Assembly (NCBI GenBank): GCA_963717005.1
Contig: OY970324.1
Coordinates: 4,426,573 to 4,490,572, forward strand
From: an uncultured delta proteobacterium
Lineage (GTDB): Bacteria > Desulfobacterota > Binatia > Binatales > Binataceae
Length of the DNA: 64,000 nt
Reading direction: 5' to 3'
The translations under genes and the position numbers were made by a program. This document shows positions 49,465 through 59,536 of the stretch, piece after piece (within the stretch, counting starts at the first letter, position 1; each line of letters starts with the position of its first letter). The notes beneath the pieces were generated by a model. It had not been told where the DNA came from and did not search any database. It saw nothing but the letters and a program-made list of their open reading frames with translations.

Positions 49465-50603
49465 ACAAATTTGTCTGCCGCACAATCGCGGCCGTTTGCA
49501 TGTTAGTGGCGGTGAGTGGATGTTCGCGCGCGCACAATGATGCGCCGAGCGAATCGCGACGCACGGTCGTGGTAGTTCGGCCGCAGCGAAGCGACATGAT
49601 CCGATCGATCACGCTGCCTGGAGATTTGGTCGGACTATACCAGTCAACTCTTTACGCAAAGGTAACTGGCTATTTGAAGAGTATCTCAGTCGATAAGGGC
49701 GACTGGGTAAAAGAAGGACAGGTCCTTGCAGTGATCGAGGTGCCCGAGCTTCAAGAGCGGGTCGCACGCGCACGCGCCGATCTGGAAGTTCAGCACCTGA
49801 CCTATCAGCGTCTCGAGCAAGTCTGGAAGAGCGATCCGAGGCTGGTCGCGCGGCAGGATGTCGATATCGCTCGGGGCAAGTACCTTGAAGCGAAAGCACA
49901 AGTGGACGAGCTCGGTGCGATGGTCTCGTACACCAGGATCGTCGCGCCCTTCGCCGGAGTAATCACGGGCCGCTTTGTCGATCCGGGCGCTTTGATCAAG
50001 TCCGGCGGAGAGCAAACGACTGCGTCTCCGGATCAGGGTTCGGCGCATCCGAGCGGCGGCACTTCACCTGTCCTGAGTCTCGCGAAGATCGACACGATGC
50101 GCACGTATGTCTATGTGCCACAGGGCGAAATCGCATCGATCAAGCGCGGGATGCCCGCGAAGCTGACGCTCCAGGACCTGCCGGGACGCTCTTTCGAAGG
50201 ATCGGTCGCCCGCTATTCAAATTCTCTCGATCTCGGAACGCGCACTATGCTGACGGAGATCGATTTGAAGAACCCCCGGCATGAGCTTTACCCCGGGATG
50301 TACGCGAATGTGACGCTCGAACTCGAGCGGCATCGCGACGCGATCGAGCTACCCGAGTCGGCGATTGGCGATTCCTCCGATGGGAAGTACGTAATGGTCG
50401 CGGAGGGCGGGAAGCTGCGGAGACAGGAGGTAACGGTCGGAATCAACAACGGCAAGAGCGCCGAGATTGTCAGCGGTCTAAGCGGCAATGAAGAAGTAGT
50501 GACCGCCCTGGATCCTTCAATCGTCCCCGACGAACTAGTCAATATCGTGCAGCAGACGCCACAGCCGGATGAACGATCGAACATGGTTGCGGAAACCCCG
50601 TGA
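49461..50603 (+). CDS. RND membrane fusion protein
   Basis: Lipobox VSG-C, AKVTGYL.SISVDKGDWVKEGQ, APFAGVI, PGMYA; ATGA overlap. Confidence 0.94.
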   Translation: MNKFVCRTIAAVCMLVAVSGCSRAHNDAPSESRRTVVVVRPQRSDMIRSITLPGDLVGLYQSTLYAKVTGYLKSISVDKGDWVKEGQVLAVIEVPELQERVARARADLEVQHLTYQRLEQVWKSDPRLVARQDVDIARGKYLEAKAQVDELGAMVSYTRIVAPFAGVITGRFVDPGALIKSGGEQTTASPDQGSAHPSGGTSPVLSLAKIDTMRTYVYVPQGEIASIKRGMPAKLTLQDLPGRSFEGSVARYSNSLDLGTRTMLTEIDLKNPRHELYPGMYANVTLELERHRDAIELPESAIGDSSDGKYVMVAEGGKLRRQEVTVGINNGKSAEIVSGLSGNEEVVTALDPSIVPDELVNIVQQTPQPDERSNMVAETP

Positions 50604-50619
50604 GTGCCGGAGCACAACT

Positions 50620-50865
50620 ATGCGAGTATCGAATATCAAAGCCGCAATTGTATTTGCGGGTTGCCTATTGACTATAGCCACTCCGCAATTTGCCGGGGCG
50701 CTCGGGATCAACAATGGCGCCTACATAGAAGTAACCTCGGGCTTGTCGCCCCAATCGCTGGTAGTCGCGCCTTACAGTAACACTCTCAGCGTGGGACAGC
50801 AGGTGGATGCTCGAATTCAGAACGAAACTGTGCAGGCCACGGCGTCCGCAGAAAGGTCTGACTGA
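50620..50865 (+). CDS. Small exported hypothetical protein in the efflux operon
   Basis: GGAG RBS; signal peptide ending AGA-L. Confidence 0.5.
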   Translation: MRVSNIKAAIVFAGCLLTIATPQFAGALGINNGAYIEVTSGLSPQSLVVAPYSNTLSVGQQVDARIQNETVQATASAERSD

Positions 50866-50926
50866 CCTGACAATGCCGAAACGTCAAACGCGACAATCTA
50901 TTGCCGAACAGGCAGGTGAGCAAACG

Positions 50927-52462
50927 ATGGAATCTGCGCGAATCCTGGCTCTTCTCTTATTCATCCTTCTTTCGGCGCATCGTCTCGCTAACGCTGCCGG
51001 TCTCGCGGCGGCACTACCGGGTAATGCGCAAGTTACAACCTCCGCTCCGGGAACTTCGCTGGCGCCCGGAGAGTACTCGCCGCCGGCGACTTCATTCAAC
51101 ATCAAATCGTCACCTGACGGTCTTCCGGCACAATCCCAACCCTCCGGCTCGATTGGCGGACCAATTCCACCGGGCTCCCAATTGACCCTCAAGCAGGCAA
51201 TTGCGATCGCTCTTAAGTATCACCCGAGACTGCAGGAAGCTGTGGACAACACCAACGCCGCACAGCAGCAAATCGGCGAGGCGCGATCATACCTGGGACC
51301 GCAACTGTTTGGCGCCGCAGACTACTTGCGCAGCACCGATAATGGCATCGGCAATACGCAGTACTACAATCCTGATGGAGTGCTTCCGCGAGTAAGCGGA
51401 ACGAATCACAATTTGCCCGCAAATGACACTTCGCAAAGTTGGGACACCAGCAATAACTATATGGGCGGCGTGATGCTGTCCCAGTTTCTGTTTGACTTCG
51501 GCCGGCGGCACGGGTTTGTTTCGGAACGCCAGTTTGAGGCCGCCGCCGCGGCTGCCCGCCAACGGCTCACCGAACTTGATCTGATCTTTGACGTCTCTCA
51601 GCGGTACTTTGACCTGCTGCAGGCCAAGCGACTGATCGCGGTTTACGAAAAAGCACTGGAGCAGCGGCAGTATCACCTGCACGAAGCCCAGGTTAAGGCC
51701 AATGCCGGTCTGCGGCCGCAACTCGACACCTATGTCACCGAAGCCGAGGTGCAGCGAGCGCAATTGCATCTGGTGGACGCGCGCAACAGTGACGAAGACG
51801 CAAAGGTTGCCCTGGACAACGCGCTGGGCCTTAGCGATTCGGCGCCCGCCTACCAGCCTGCGGACGTTTTAACCTACTATCCGGTTAACGATACCTTGAA
51901 CACCCTGCTTGATACCGCATTCCGGAGCCGACCCGACTTGATCGCACTGCAGAATCAGGCCAAGGCCATGGGCGCCAGGATTGTCCAGTACAAGAGCGAC
52001 TACTATCCCACAGTCAACGCCGTGGGCGGGTACTCGGCGTTGGGGACCGGGACTCCTGCTGCAAACAATTTTAACGCTGGCATAGTAATCACCTGGCCAA
52101 TTTTCAACAGCTTTCTTACTACCGATCAGATCGCAGAGACCAGGTATCGCCAGCAATCGATCCTTCGCGCTATCGACGATCTGCGCCAGGAGGTGATCCT
52201 GCAGGTGCATACCGCGCTGCTCAATTGGCAGGCTTCCCTCGACCGAATTTCGCGCGCCGAAAAGACGCTTGCCGCTTCGCGCGCGGAGCTCGAACTGGCC
52301 GAAAAGCGCTATGAAGCTGGGCTGACAAGTATTATCGAACTCGAGGACGCGCAGCGCAGCTACACTTATGACGACGCCGCCTACGCCGACGCACTATACG
52401 GATTCTCCGTCACCAAGGCGGCGGTCGATAGAGCAACGGGCAGATCGCTGGCAACGCTCTAG
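50927..52462 (+). CDS. TolC family outer-membrane efflux protein
   Basis: LTLKQAIAIALKYHP, LFDFG, YYPTV, RYEAGL.SIIELEDAQ. Confidence 0.93.
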   Translation: MESARILALLLFILLSAHRLANAAGLAAALPGNAQVTTSAPGTSLAPGEYSPPATSFNIKSSPDGLPAQSQPSGSIGGPIPPGSQLTLKQAIAIALKYHPRLQEAVDNTNAAQQQIGEARSYLGPQLFGAADYLRSTDNGIGNTQYYNPDGVLPRVSGTNHNLPANDTSQSWDTSNNYMGGVMLSQFLFDFGRRHGFVSERQFEAAAAAARQRLTELDLIFDVSQRYFDLLQAKRLIAVYEKALEQRQYHLHEAQVKANAGLRPQLDTYVTEAEVQRAQLHLVDARNSDEDAKVALDNALGLSDSAPAYQPADVLTYYPVNDTLNTLLDTAFRSRPDLIALQNQAKAMGARIVQYKSDYYPTVNAVGGYSALGTGTPAANNFNAGIVITWPIFNSFLTTDQIAETRYRQQSILRAIDDLRQEVILQVHTALLNWQASLDRISRAEKTLAASRAELELAEKRYEAGLTSIIELEDAQRSYTYDDAAYADALYGFSVTKAAVDRATGRSLATL

Positions 52463-52504
52463 AAACAATGATTTGCGAAATGGTTCCATCGCGCAGGTAA
52501 GGCT

Positions 52505-52957
52505 ATGCTGAAGTACAGCAAGGTGATGTGTACGTTTGAATTCGATGGGAATTCGACAGCTGCATTGGTTCTGTCCAGCGCGCTCGCATGGGAAAGCGAG
52601 GCCACGCTCTAAGTCTTACTCATCGCGAGAGTACCTACTTACGACATGGACGTTCCGCTTCCCTTCGACGCCAAGCCGCGCTGGGAGAAGGAAGCCAGAG
52701 ACAAGCTCAAAAAAATAGTGCGCAGCACTCTTAAGAACGACGTTAAATATGTTATCGACGTCAGATCGGGTGTGCCTGACCTTGGTATCGTGCGAGCTGC
52801 CAGCGAGCTAGGAGTGGATCTGATCGTAATGGTCACGCACGGACGCCACGGAATCGAGCATCTGCTACTAGGCAGCGTCACCGAGCATGTCATTCGCGAA
52901 GCTCCTTGTCCGGTGCTGGTACTTCACAGCACGCCGGCTACGACGGTGATCGTTTAG
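52505..52957 (+). pseudogene. Universal stress protein with internal TAA (52610-52612)
   Basis: MLKYSKVMCTFEFDGNS...ATL*VLL... is in frame with DLIVMVTHGRHGIEHLLLGSVTEHVIREAPCPVLV. Confidence 0.85.
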
Positions 52958-52999
52958 CTGCCCTATCGATGCTTAGTCGATGCCGCGGAGGCCAAAAGC

Positions 53000-53950
53000 C
53001 TAGGCGCGAAACGCGGGAATCACTTCCTCCGCGAATGCCTGGACTTCGTCGTCCACTATCATCGGCCATGCCTGCATGAAGATGAAGTGAGTCACTCCCG
53101 CTTTACGAAAGCCCTCGATCTTGTCGATACACTCCTGCTTGTTGCCGATGATTATTCGATCGCGCGCTTTTTCCGGCGTGGTTTGAGCCATCATCGAGAC
53201 CAGCCCGGTCAGCATCTGCTCGCGCTGCTTAGGCGGGTTGTATGACATTGCGAGCATGAGAGTTTTTTCGATTTGATCGCTGTCGCGGCCGACCGTATCG
53301 GCATGACGCTCGATAACACCGATGAGGCGCTTCATTTCGGCCGCGTCGGCATTGGTCATGTTCCACATATCGGCGTGCTTCGCGACGATCTTGAGTAAAA
53401 CGCGCTCGCCGTGCCCGCCGATCATCAGCGGAACATGCTTCTGAATCGGCTTCGGATTACATACCGCATCGACGACGTTGTAATGCTTGCCCTTCAGCGT
53501 CGTTTTGTCCTGGGTGAACATGCTCTTGATGATTTGACATGACTCGTCGAGTGCTTCGAGGCGCCGCGGCACTGTTTTGAAATCGAAGCCGAGGCTGTTG
53601 TGTTCGAGCTCGAACCATCCGGCGCCCAGCCCGAGGTTGAGGCGACCGCCGCTAATCTGGTCGAGCGTCGCCCCCATCTTCGCGGTCAGACACGGATTGC
53701 GATAGGTGTTGCCGTTGACCAGCGCGCCGATGCGCGCGTGTTGGGTGTGCTGGCTTAGTGCGCCGAGCAGCGTCCAGCTCTCCATGCATGGTCCGCTCGG
53801 GTCGGGCACGAAGATGGGATAGAAGTGGTCGAAGGCCCACAGCGAGTCGTAGCCCCATCCGTCAACCTTGTGCCAGAAGTCGCGCATCCGCTCCCAACTG
53901 ACGTCCTGCTGGCCGGTTTGAATTCCAAAACGAATCGGGTGCACCGCCAT
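53000..53950 (-). CDS. LLM-class (probably F420-dependent) oxidoreductase
   Basis: GYDSLWAFDHF, YRNP..TAKM.ATLD.ISGGRL.LGLGAGW, PKPIQ...PLMIGG.GE. Confidence 0.92.
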   Translation of the reverse strand: MAVHPIRFGIQTGQQDVSWERMRDFWHKVDGWGYDSLWAFDHFYPIFVPDPSGPCMESWTLLGALSQHTQHARIGALVNGNTYRNPCLTAKMGATLDQISGGRLNLGLGAGWFELEHNSLGFDFKTVPRRLEALDESCQIIKSMFTQDKTTLKGKHYNVVDAVCNPKPIQKHVPLMIGGHGERVLLKIVAKHADMWNMTNADAAEMKRLIGVIERHADTVGRDSDQIEKTLMLAMSYNPPKQREQMLTGLVSMMAQTTPEKARDRIIIGNKQECIDKIEGFRKAGVTHFIFMQAWPMIVDDEVQAFAEEVIPAFRA

Positions 53951-54297
53951 AGTAGTTCTCCTCGCTGCCGTTTCCTTCGATTGCTGCCTGTCTTCTGTCG
54001 ATAATGTGCCTTGGTTTCGATGCAGGCAACCGCCTCCGACGCTCAATTCCCCGAGCTCCGATTCAAGATCCTCGCGCTTTCTTGCGGTTCTTCGCTCCGG
54101 CAATTGCTGATTGGAAATTCCTCGACACTGAGCGTTGAAAACGATTCTCATCCCAGCCGCGGGCTTTCGAGAGGCTTGCATAGTTAATAAGGTGAATCGG
54201 TCAACGGAGATTACCTTTTTTTCGGAAAGCTGCTTCGATCTGAATTCCGGGTCCGCTCTCGCGATATGAAGATGAACTTGTCAGCAGGCAAACGGTA

Positions 54298-56070
54298 GTG
54301 TGCGGAATTGCGGGACTGATGACGTGCGACGGTCGCCGACCGGATTCGGCAGTTCTCGATCGATTGGAAGCTGCCATCGCCCACCGCGGGCCCGATGGGA
54401 GCGGCCGATATATTTCCGGCGGGACCGGCCTGTTAAACACTCGTCTCGCGATCATCGACCTGCGCACCGGGATGCAACCTCTGTATGAGGCACAGGGCGC
54501 CGCGCTGGTTGCTAACGGCGAGATTTACAACGACTTGGAATTGCGCGCAAAGATGCGCGATGCCCCCTTTAAAACAGGGTCGGATTGCGAATCGGCTCTT
54601 CATCTGTATCGTCGCAAGGGGCTCGACTTCGTCGATGAATTGCGCGGCATGTATGCCATCGCGATTCACGACCCCGTCACCTCAAGGTTGCTCCTCGCCC
54701 GCGATCCCTTTGGGATCAAGCCCCTCTATTACGTCCAGACACCGACCTACTTTGCATTTGCTTCGGAGCCTCAAGCGCTGCTCGCGGCGGGGCTCGCCGA
54801 TCGAACCATCAATCCGCGTGCGCGCGCCGAGCTTTTCCAGCTCAAGTTTACGACGGGATCAGAGAGTATTTTTTCCCAGATTCGTCGAGTACTCCCCGGC
54901 GAAACCCTCGTGGTCGCCGATGGACAAATAGTCGAGCGCCGACAGCGCGACGCACTGCCCCACGATGGGCCGCGCAGGCTTAGCTATTCGCAGGCATTGC
55001 AGCAGCTCGATGAAGTTCTGACCGACAGCGTCGTACATCATATTAGATCGGACGTTCCTTACGGTCTCTTTCTTTCCGGTGGAATAGACTCGTCCACCCT
55101 GCTCGGGCTGATGGCCCGCATCTCTACCGAACCTGTGGTTGCCCTGACGGCTTGCTTCCCAGGCACCCGCGCCGCTAACGAACGCGCAGACGCGGAACGG
55201 ATCGCGCGTTTCTTCGGCGCCGCGCATCACGTGGTGGAAATGACGGAGCGTGACTTTTGGAGTGACGCGCCAAGGGTGGCGCAAGCGCTTGACGATCCGA
55301 CCACGGACGCGGCTACTCTGCCAACCTTTGCGCTGGCGAAGGTTGCGAAGGACCGGGTCAAGGTCGTGCTCAGCGGAGAGGGCGGCGACGAAATGTTCTG
55401 CGGATACAGTCGCTATCGCCGCGCCCGCTGGTTCCGCGGGATGTTCACCCGAAATGCCCGCACTCATGGCGAGTTCCAGGGCCTGGGAAACATGAACGGC
55501 ACGCTTGACGGCTGGCGCGACGGCTTGAACCAGACCGAGCGCGAGATCGCTCAGGACAGCCGAAGGACTTTCGTGCAAAGGTTGCAGGCTGTCGATTGTG
55601 CGCAATGGCTACCGAATGATTTGTTGATAAAGCTGGACAGGTGTTTGATGAGGAATGCTATAGAAGGCCGAACGCCTTTTCTTGATCCGGTCGTAGCCGA
55701 CTTTGCCTTCCGGCTGACCGATGACCAGAAGGCCACAACCAGGATGAGTAAGCGGCTGCTGCGAGACTGGTTGGCTGCAAACGCGCCCATCGCCAGGCCC
55801 TACGCAAGGAAGACGGGATTCAACCCTCCGGTCGGCGAGTGGATTGCGGTCAGGAAATCACTCCTTGAACCTATGGTAGCGAATGAGCCGGGAATTGCCG
55901 AGGCGTTCACCAACGACGATGTTCATCGGGTGTTCTTCGACCCGGAGAAGAACCCCCAAGCCGCGTGGAGCCTGCTCTTCTACGCGCTATGGCACAGCCA
56001 TCATGTTTTGGGGACCTCCGCGGAAGGAACCGTGGAAGATGTCCTTGACACTGCTCGACGCCGGGGCTGA
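54298..56070 (+). CDS. asnB: Asparagine synthase (glutamine-hydrolysing)-like amidotransferase
   Basis: MCGIAG, HRGPDG, NGEIYN, RDPFGIKPLYY, LSGGIDS, SGEGGDE, EGRTPFLD. Confidence 0.92.
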   Translation: MCGIAGLMTCDGRRPDSAVLDRLEAAIAHRGPDGSGRYISGGTGLLNTRLAIIDLRTGMQPLYEAQGAALVANGEIYNDLELRAKMRDAPFKTGSDCESALHLYRRKGLDFVDELRGMYAIAIHDPVTSRLLLARDPFGIKPLYYVQTPTYFAFASEPQALLAAGLADRTINPRARAELFQLKFTTGSESIFSQIRRVLPGETLVVADGQIVERRQRDALPHDGPRRLSYSQALQQLDEVLTDSVVHHIRSDVPYGLFLSGGIDSSTLLGLMARISTEPVVALTACFPGTRAANERADAERIARFFGAAHHVVEMTERDFWSDAPRVAQALDDPTTDAATLPTFALAKVAKDRVKVVLSGEGGDEMFCGYSRYRRARWFRGMFTRNARTHGEFQGLGNMNGTLDGWRDGLNQTEREIAQDSRRTFVQRLQAVDCAQWLPNDLLIKLDRCLMRNAIEGRTPFLDPVVADFAFRLTDDQKATTRMSKRLLRDWLAANAPIARPYARKTGFNPPVGEWIAVRKSLLEPMVANEPGIAEAFTNDDVHRVFFDPEKNPQAAWSLLFYALWHSHHVLGTSAEGTVEDVLDTARRRG

Positions 56071-56169
56071 TTGCCATAACCTATGACTCGGCGACGACTG
56101 CCCCTTGGGGCAGCCACGCTGGCTTTCGATGCAAGTTTGAGCGATGGTGTTGGCAGGTGAGGTTGGAAC

Positions 56170-56850
56170 ATGGCTGGCGACACTTTCATGGATCTCCTCA
56201 GAAAGAATCTCTCCGAAAAGGACTTCACTCGGATGATGGCCTTCACCGCCGCAATGGAACCCGAGCGGCGAGCCACTCTGATGCAGTTTATCGCAGAGCG
56301 GGAAACACACGCCCCTGCGGTCGGATCGAACGCACCCGACTTCAAGTTGCCGCGCCTCGAAGGCGGCGAAATGGTGCAACTATCGTCGTTTCACGGGAAG
56401 AAGCCGGTAGCTCTAATCTTCGGCAGCTACACTTGACCGCCTTTTCGTGCCCAGGCTGGGCACCTCGCGGAGCTTCACCGCCGTTTCGGCGCTCAGATCG
56501 AATTCTTCGTGGTTTATATCCGCGAAGCGCATCCTACGGACGAATGGCAGGTTGAATCCAACGAAAGTGAAGGAGTCCTGTTCACGCAACCGACGACTTT
56601 GGCGGCACGGAGCGATATCGCGCAGGTCTGCGCCCTCAAACTCGATCTCGAGATACCTACTCTGATTGACGACATGGAAAATTCGACCGATCAAAAGTAC
56701 TACGCGCTACCAGACCGGCTCTACCTGATAGGGCGCGAGGGCCGAGTGGCGTACCGCGGCGGACCGGGTCCGTTCGGCTTCGTGGCATCGGAGCTGGAAA
56801 GCGCGATCGAGGATTACCTCAAAGCTTCCACGGTCGCGTCGGCGTCCTAG
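56170..56850 (+). CDS. Iodothyronine deiodinase-like selenoprotein (Sec at codon 89, TGA 56434-56436)
   Basis: ORFs 56170-56436 and 56509-56850 are one frame; joined FGSYT-U-PPF, VYIREAHPTDEW, IDDMEN..DQKYYALPDRLYLI, YRGGPGPFGF all match deiodinase motifs. Confidence 0.92.
56447..56463 (+). promoter_or_regulatory. Candidate bacterial SECIS hairpin
   Basis: GTGCCCA-GGC-TGGGCAC starting 11 nt after the UGA, with G in the apical loop. Confidence 0.75.
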
Positions 56851-56879
56851 GCGCGAATCCTTAGCCAGACACTGAACCA

Positions 56880-57890
56880 ATGCATTCTTCGCAGACGAAT
56901 GCACTGGTTCGAATCGGCGGCTTGCGCGGGAAGCGGCGGATGGCGGCTGAAGTGATCGCACTTGCTTATATCGCGATCATTGCCGAAGTCGCGACCGCGA
57001 CCGGAGCCTTTTACTTATTGTTTCCCGAACTCGGCGCCCTGTCACACGATATCTTCACCAGGCCGCGCGGTTCGTGGGCGAGCGCGCCCGTTCTTCTGGT
57101 GATTACACCGGTGCTGACGGCCGTGCTCGGCACGTTGGTAACGCGCCATCTTCCGTATGGCTACTGGTCCGTGATACTGACTGTGTGTGGCGCTCTGACG
57201 ATTATCCTGGCGCTGCGATCGCCGATCGCGCCCGCAATTTCGGCGGGTCTGCTGCCGCTCGCGCTCGGCGTCAGGAGTGTATGGTATCCGCCGGGGATCG
57301 TTTTTGGAACGATACTGCTGGCCGTGCTCTCAACCATCTGGAAGCAGATGAGCGACGAGCCTCTTCAGAACACGATGGCTGCTACAGAGGATGAGGACAC
57401 GGCGCCGGACGCCGAATCAAACTGGCGCCTGGTCCCGCTCCTGGTTCTGGTGTTGACGGCGGTGTTCGTCGTCAAGCTGACAAATTTACGCTTCGTGCTC
57501 TTTCCGCCGTTGGTTGTGATTGGATTCGAGATGTTCCTCCACACCAAGCGTTGTCCGTGGGCGACGCGGTACCTCAGCTTGCCGGTGGTTTGTATCTTAA
57601 CCGCGGCGGGCGGGCTGTTCTGTCGCCGGCATCTGGGTGTTGGCGCAGGCGGCTCGGTCTCGAGTATGGCGTGGGGAATCCTGGTGCTGCGCGTTTTCGA
57701 TCTTCACGTTCCGCCGGCGCTCGCGGTCGCGTTACTGCCGCAGGTAATCGACTCGCCCACGGCGCTGTATCCGGTCGCCGTGGGTGTCGGCACTTCGCTT
57801 CTGAGCGGATCGTTTGTTCTCTACCAGCGCGTACTCCGTCCGTATTTTGAGCCTTCGCTAACCACTGTGCTCGGCAATCCGACCGAGTAA
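56880..57890 (+). CDS. HPP-family membrane protein (internally duplicated)
   Basis: Two halves: FPELGAL...PAISAGLLP and FPPLVV...HVPPALAVALLP; many TM helices; start may be 56940. Confidence 0.8.
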   Translation: MHSSQTNALVRIGGLRGKRRMAAEVIALAYIAIIAEVATATGAFYLLFPELGALSHDIFTRPRGSWASAPVLLVITPVLTAVLGTLVTRHLPYGYWSVILTVCGALTIILALRSPIAPAISAGLLPLALGVRSVWYPPGIVFGTILLAVLSTIWKQMSDEPLQNTMAATEDEDTAPDAESNWRLVPLLVLVLTAVFVVKLTNLRFVLFPPLVVIGFEMFLHTKRCPWATRYLSLPVVCILTAAGGLFCRRHLGVGAGGSVSSMAWGILVLRVFDLHVPPALAVALLPQVIDSPTALYPVAVGVGTSLLSGSFVLYQRVLRPYFEPSLTTVLGNPTE

Positions 57891-57905
57891 CGTCGTGAAA
57901 ATGCA

Positions 57906-57929
57906 GCGGGCGGGATCGAACCCGCCCGC
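57906..57929. terminator. Hairpin between convergent genes
   Basis: gcgggcggg-atcgaa-cccgcccgc. Confidence 0.6.
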
Positions 57930-57950
57930 AGCTTGCGCCATGTCAACCGG

Positions 57951-59261
57951 TCACGGCGCGGCTCGTACCATCGCGTTGGTGGTGAAGAAGTCGCGATCGA
58001 CTGAGCCCATGTTGATGTACCAGCATTCGTGCTCGGGGGTATTCTGCCCGGGCAGGTAGCACATCGTGGTCATCCCAGACTGAACGTCGGTCGCGGCGGC
58101 GCCGACTACGAATTCGCGCTTGAAAGGATAGATCGCGATGCGCGCATCAGGCACCGGACGATCGCGATAGGTCAGCCAGTAGATGTGGTTCTGCCACAGC
58201 TGGCCGTTGGGATCGTATTCGTCCACGTACGGCTCGAACCACATCTCGCCGTCGATGTAGAGAATCGACTTCGAGTGCAGCGCCTCGCTATTGACCGAGA
58301 CGCGCGGCGAGGTTTGGACAATATATAGCTGGCGCATCTCCCAGTTCTCGGGACAGGCGCTGGCGCCGCCGTCGGTTGAGCAGGTAATTTCCGGCGAATG
58401 CTTGGCGTTCACCGACGCCAGCATCGTCTTCTGACCCAGCAGCTTGTAGTTGTATTCCTCGACCTTGGCGTTGAAGCCGGAGTAATGGTCAGGATCGAAC
58501 GAAGTCGGATTGCCACCACCGGTCGCCGCGTCGCTCATAATTCCTTCGTTAAGGCGCCGCAGCCGCCGCGCTCCCGGCGTCCACTGCCAGATGTCGTCGC
58601 CCTTGGTTGGGTTTGCATAACGGAACCGAATGAAACCAGCGCCGCGCAGATTCTCAGGCGTGAGAATCGGGTAAAGCGCGAACATCCAATAGCGCCCGGT
58701 CTTCTTGAAGTCAGGGTCAATCGGGATCGGATCGACTTCGGTCCGCCCGACTTCATCGTAACCGGCGTAGTGTCCTATCTGAAAGTAATCGATCACATTG
58801 TACGGTTTGTTCAGTCCCTCATACACGTCGTCGCAATCGTAGTATCGCAGGTCATAGTCGTCGGACGTGATCGGCCTGAACGCGGCGTTCCACATGATCT
58901 TGGTAGCGACGTTGGGGTCATTGGGATCGAGAAAAGGAAACGGTTGCCCGGCAACGTAGTTGACCAGCGAGCGGCCGTCGGGAGAGAGCCTTACCTGGTC
59001 GGCGTACTTTTCCGTGGCGTCGCGAAAAGGCGGCGGCCACTGGATAGTTGAGGTCGGCACGATGTCCATACTCATGCCGCGCGTGACTTTGTAGTAAACC
59101 CCGGGCGACACCAGGTCTTTGACCTTGTAGGCGGTTTGCGCCGTGATGACGTCGCCCGGCTTTACTGCGGCGCCGACCGGGACCGCGAGCGCAATCACGA
59201 GTGCGATCGCGACCATCGCAGCGGGTACGTGGCGGACCGAAACACAATCTCCTCTTGGCAT
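57951..59261 (-). CDS. DUF1329 family exported protein
   Basis: AGGAGG RBS; PGDVIT, YVAGQPFP..DPNDP..ATKIMWN, DDIWQWTPGARRLRRL, GFNAK, WEMR. Confidence 0.85.
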   Translation of the reverse strand: MPRGDCVSVRHVPAAMVAIALVIALAVPVGAAVKPGDVITAQTAYKVKDLVSPGVYYKVTRGMSMDIVPTSTIQWPPPFRDATEKYADQVRLSPDGRSLVNYVAGQPFPFLDPNDPNVATKIMWNAAFRPITSDDYDLRYYDCDDVYEGLNKPYNVIDYFQIGHYAGYDEVGRTEVDPIPIDPDFKKTGRYWMFALYPILTPENLRGAGFIRFRYANPTKGDDIWQWTPGARRLRRLNEGIMSDAATGGGNPTSFDPDHYSGFNAKVEEYNYKLLGQKTMLASVNAKHSPEITCSTDGGASACPENWEMRQLYIVQTSPRVSVNSEALHSKSILYIDGEMWFEPYVDEYDPNGQLWQNHIYWLTYRDRPVPDARIAIYPFKREFVVGAAATDVQSGMTTMCYLPGQNTPEHECWYINMGSVDRDFFTTNAMVRAAP

Positions 59262-59536
59262 TACGCTACCTCCTTCATATGCGTTTGTGCGAGATGAGGT
59301 TCGGATGCCACGGCGAGCCGCCACGGGTCGCCTCTTTTTTTTGGGGTGACAGAGATCGCGCGACTGGTCGCGGCCTCTGCGCGGGCACCTATTAGATCTG
59401 ACGATTTGATTGCCGCAAATGTTCAAATCTTCTCATTAGCCATACGGAAACTCATTTTAGACAGACTAATGAATGAAACTCCGGAACATCGCCAGGCGGT
59501 TAGCTCTTATTGAAAATTCGATGTAAGCTCAGCAAC

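Noticed and set aside
52610-52612. Possible recoding of the USP internal stop
   Set aside because: The codon is TAA, not TGA or TAG; treated as a nonsense mutation or error
57901-57932. GGGTTCGATCCC on the minus strand resembling a tRNA T-arm or att site
   Set aside because: Loop and stem register do not fit a T-arm, there is no cloverleaf or CCA and no integrase; better explained as a terminator hairpin
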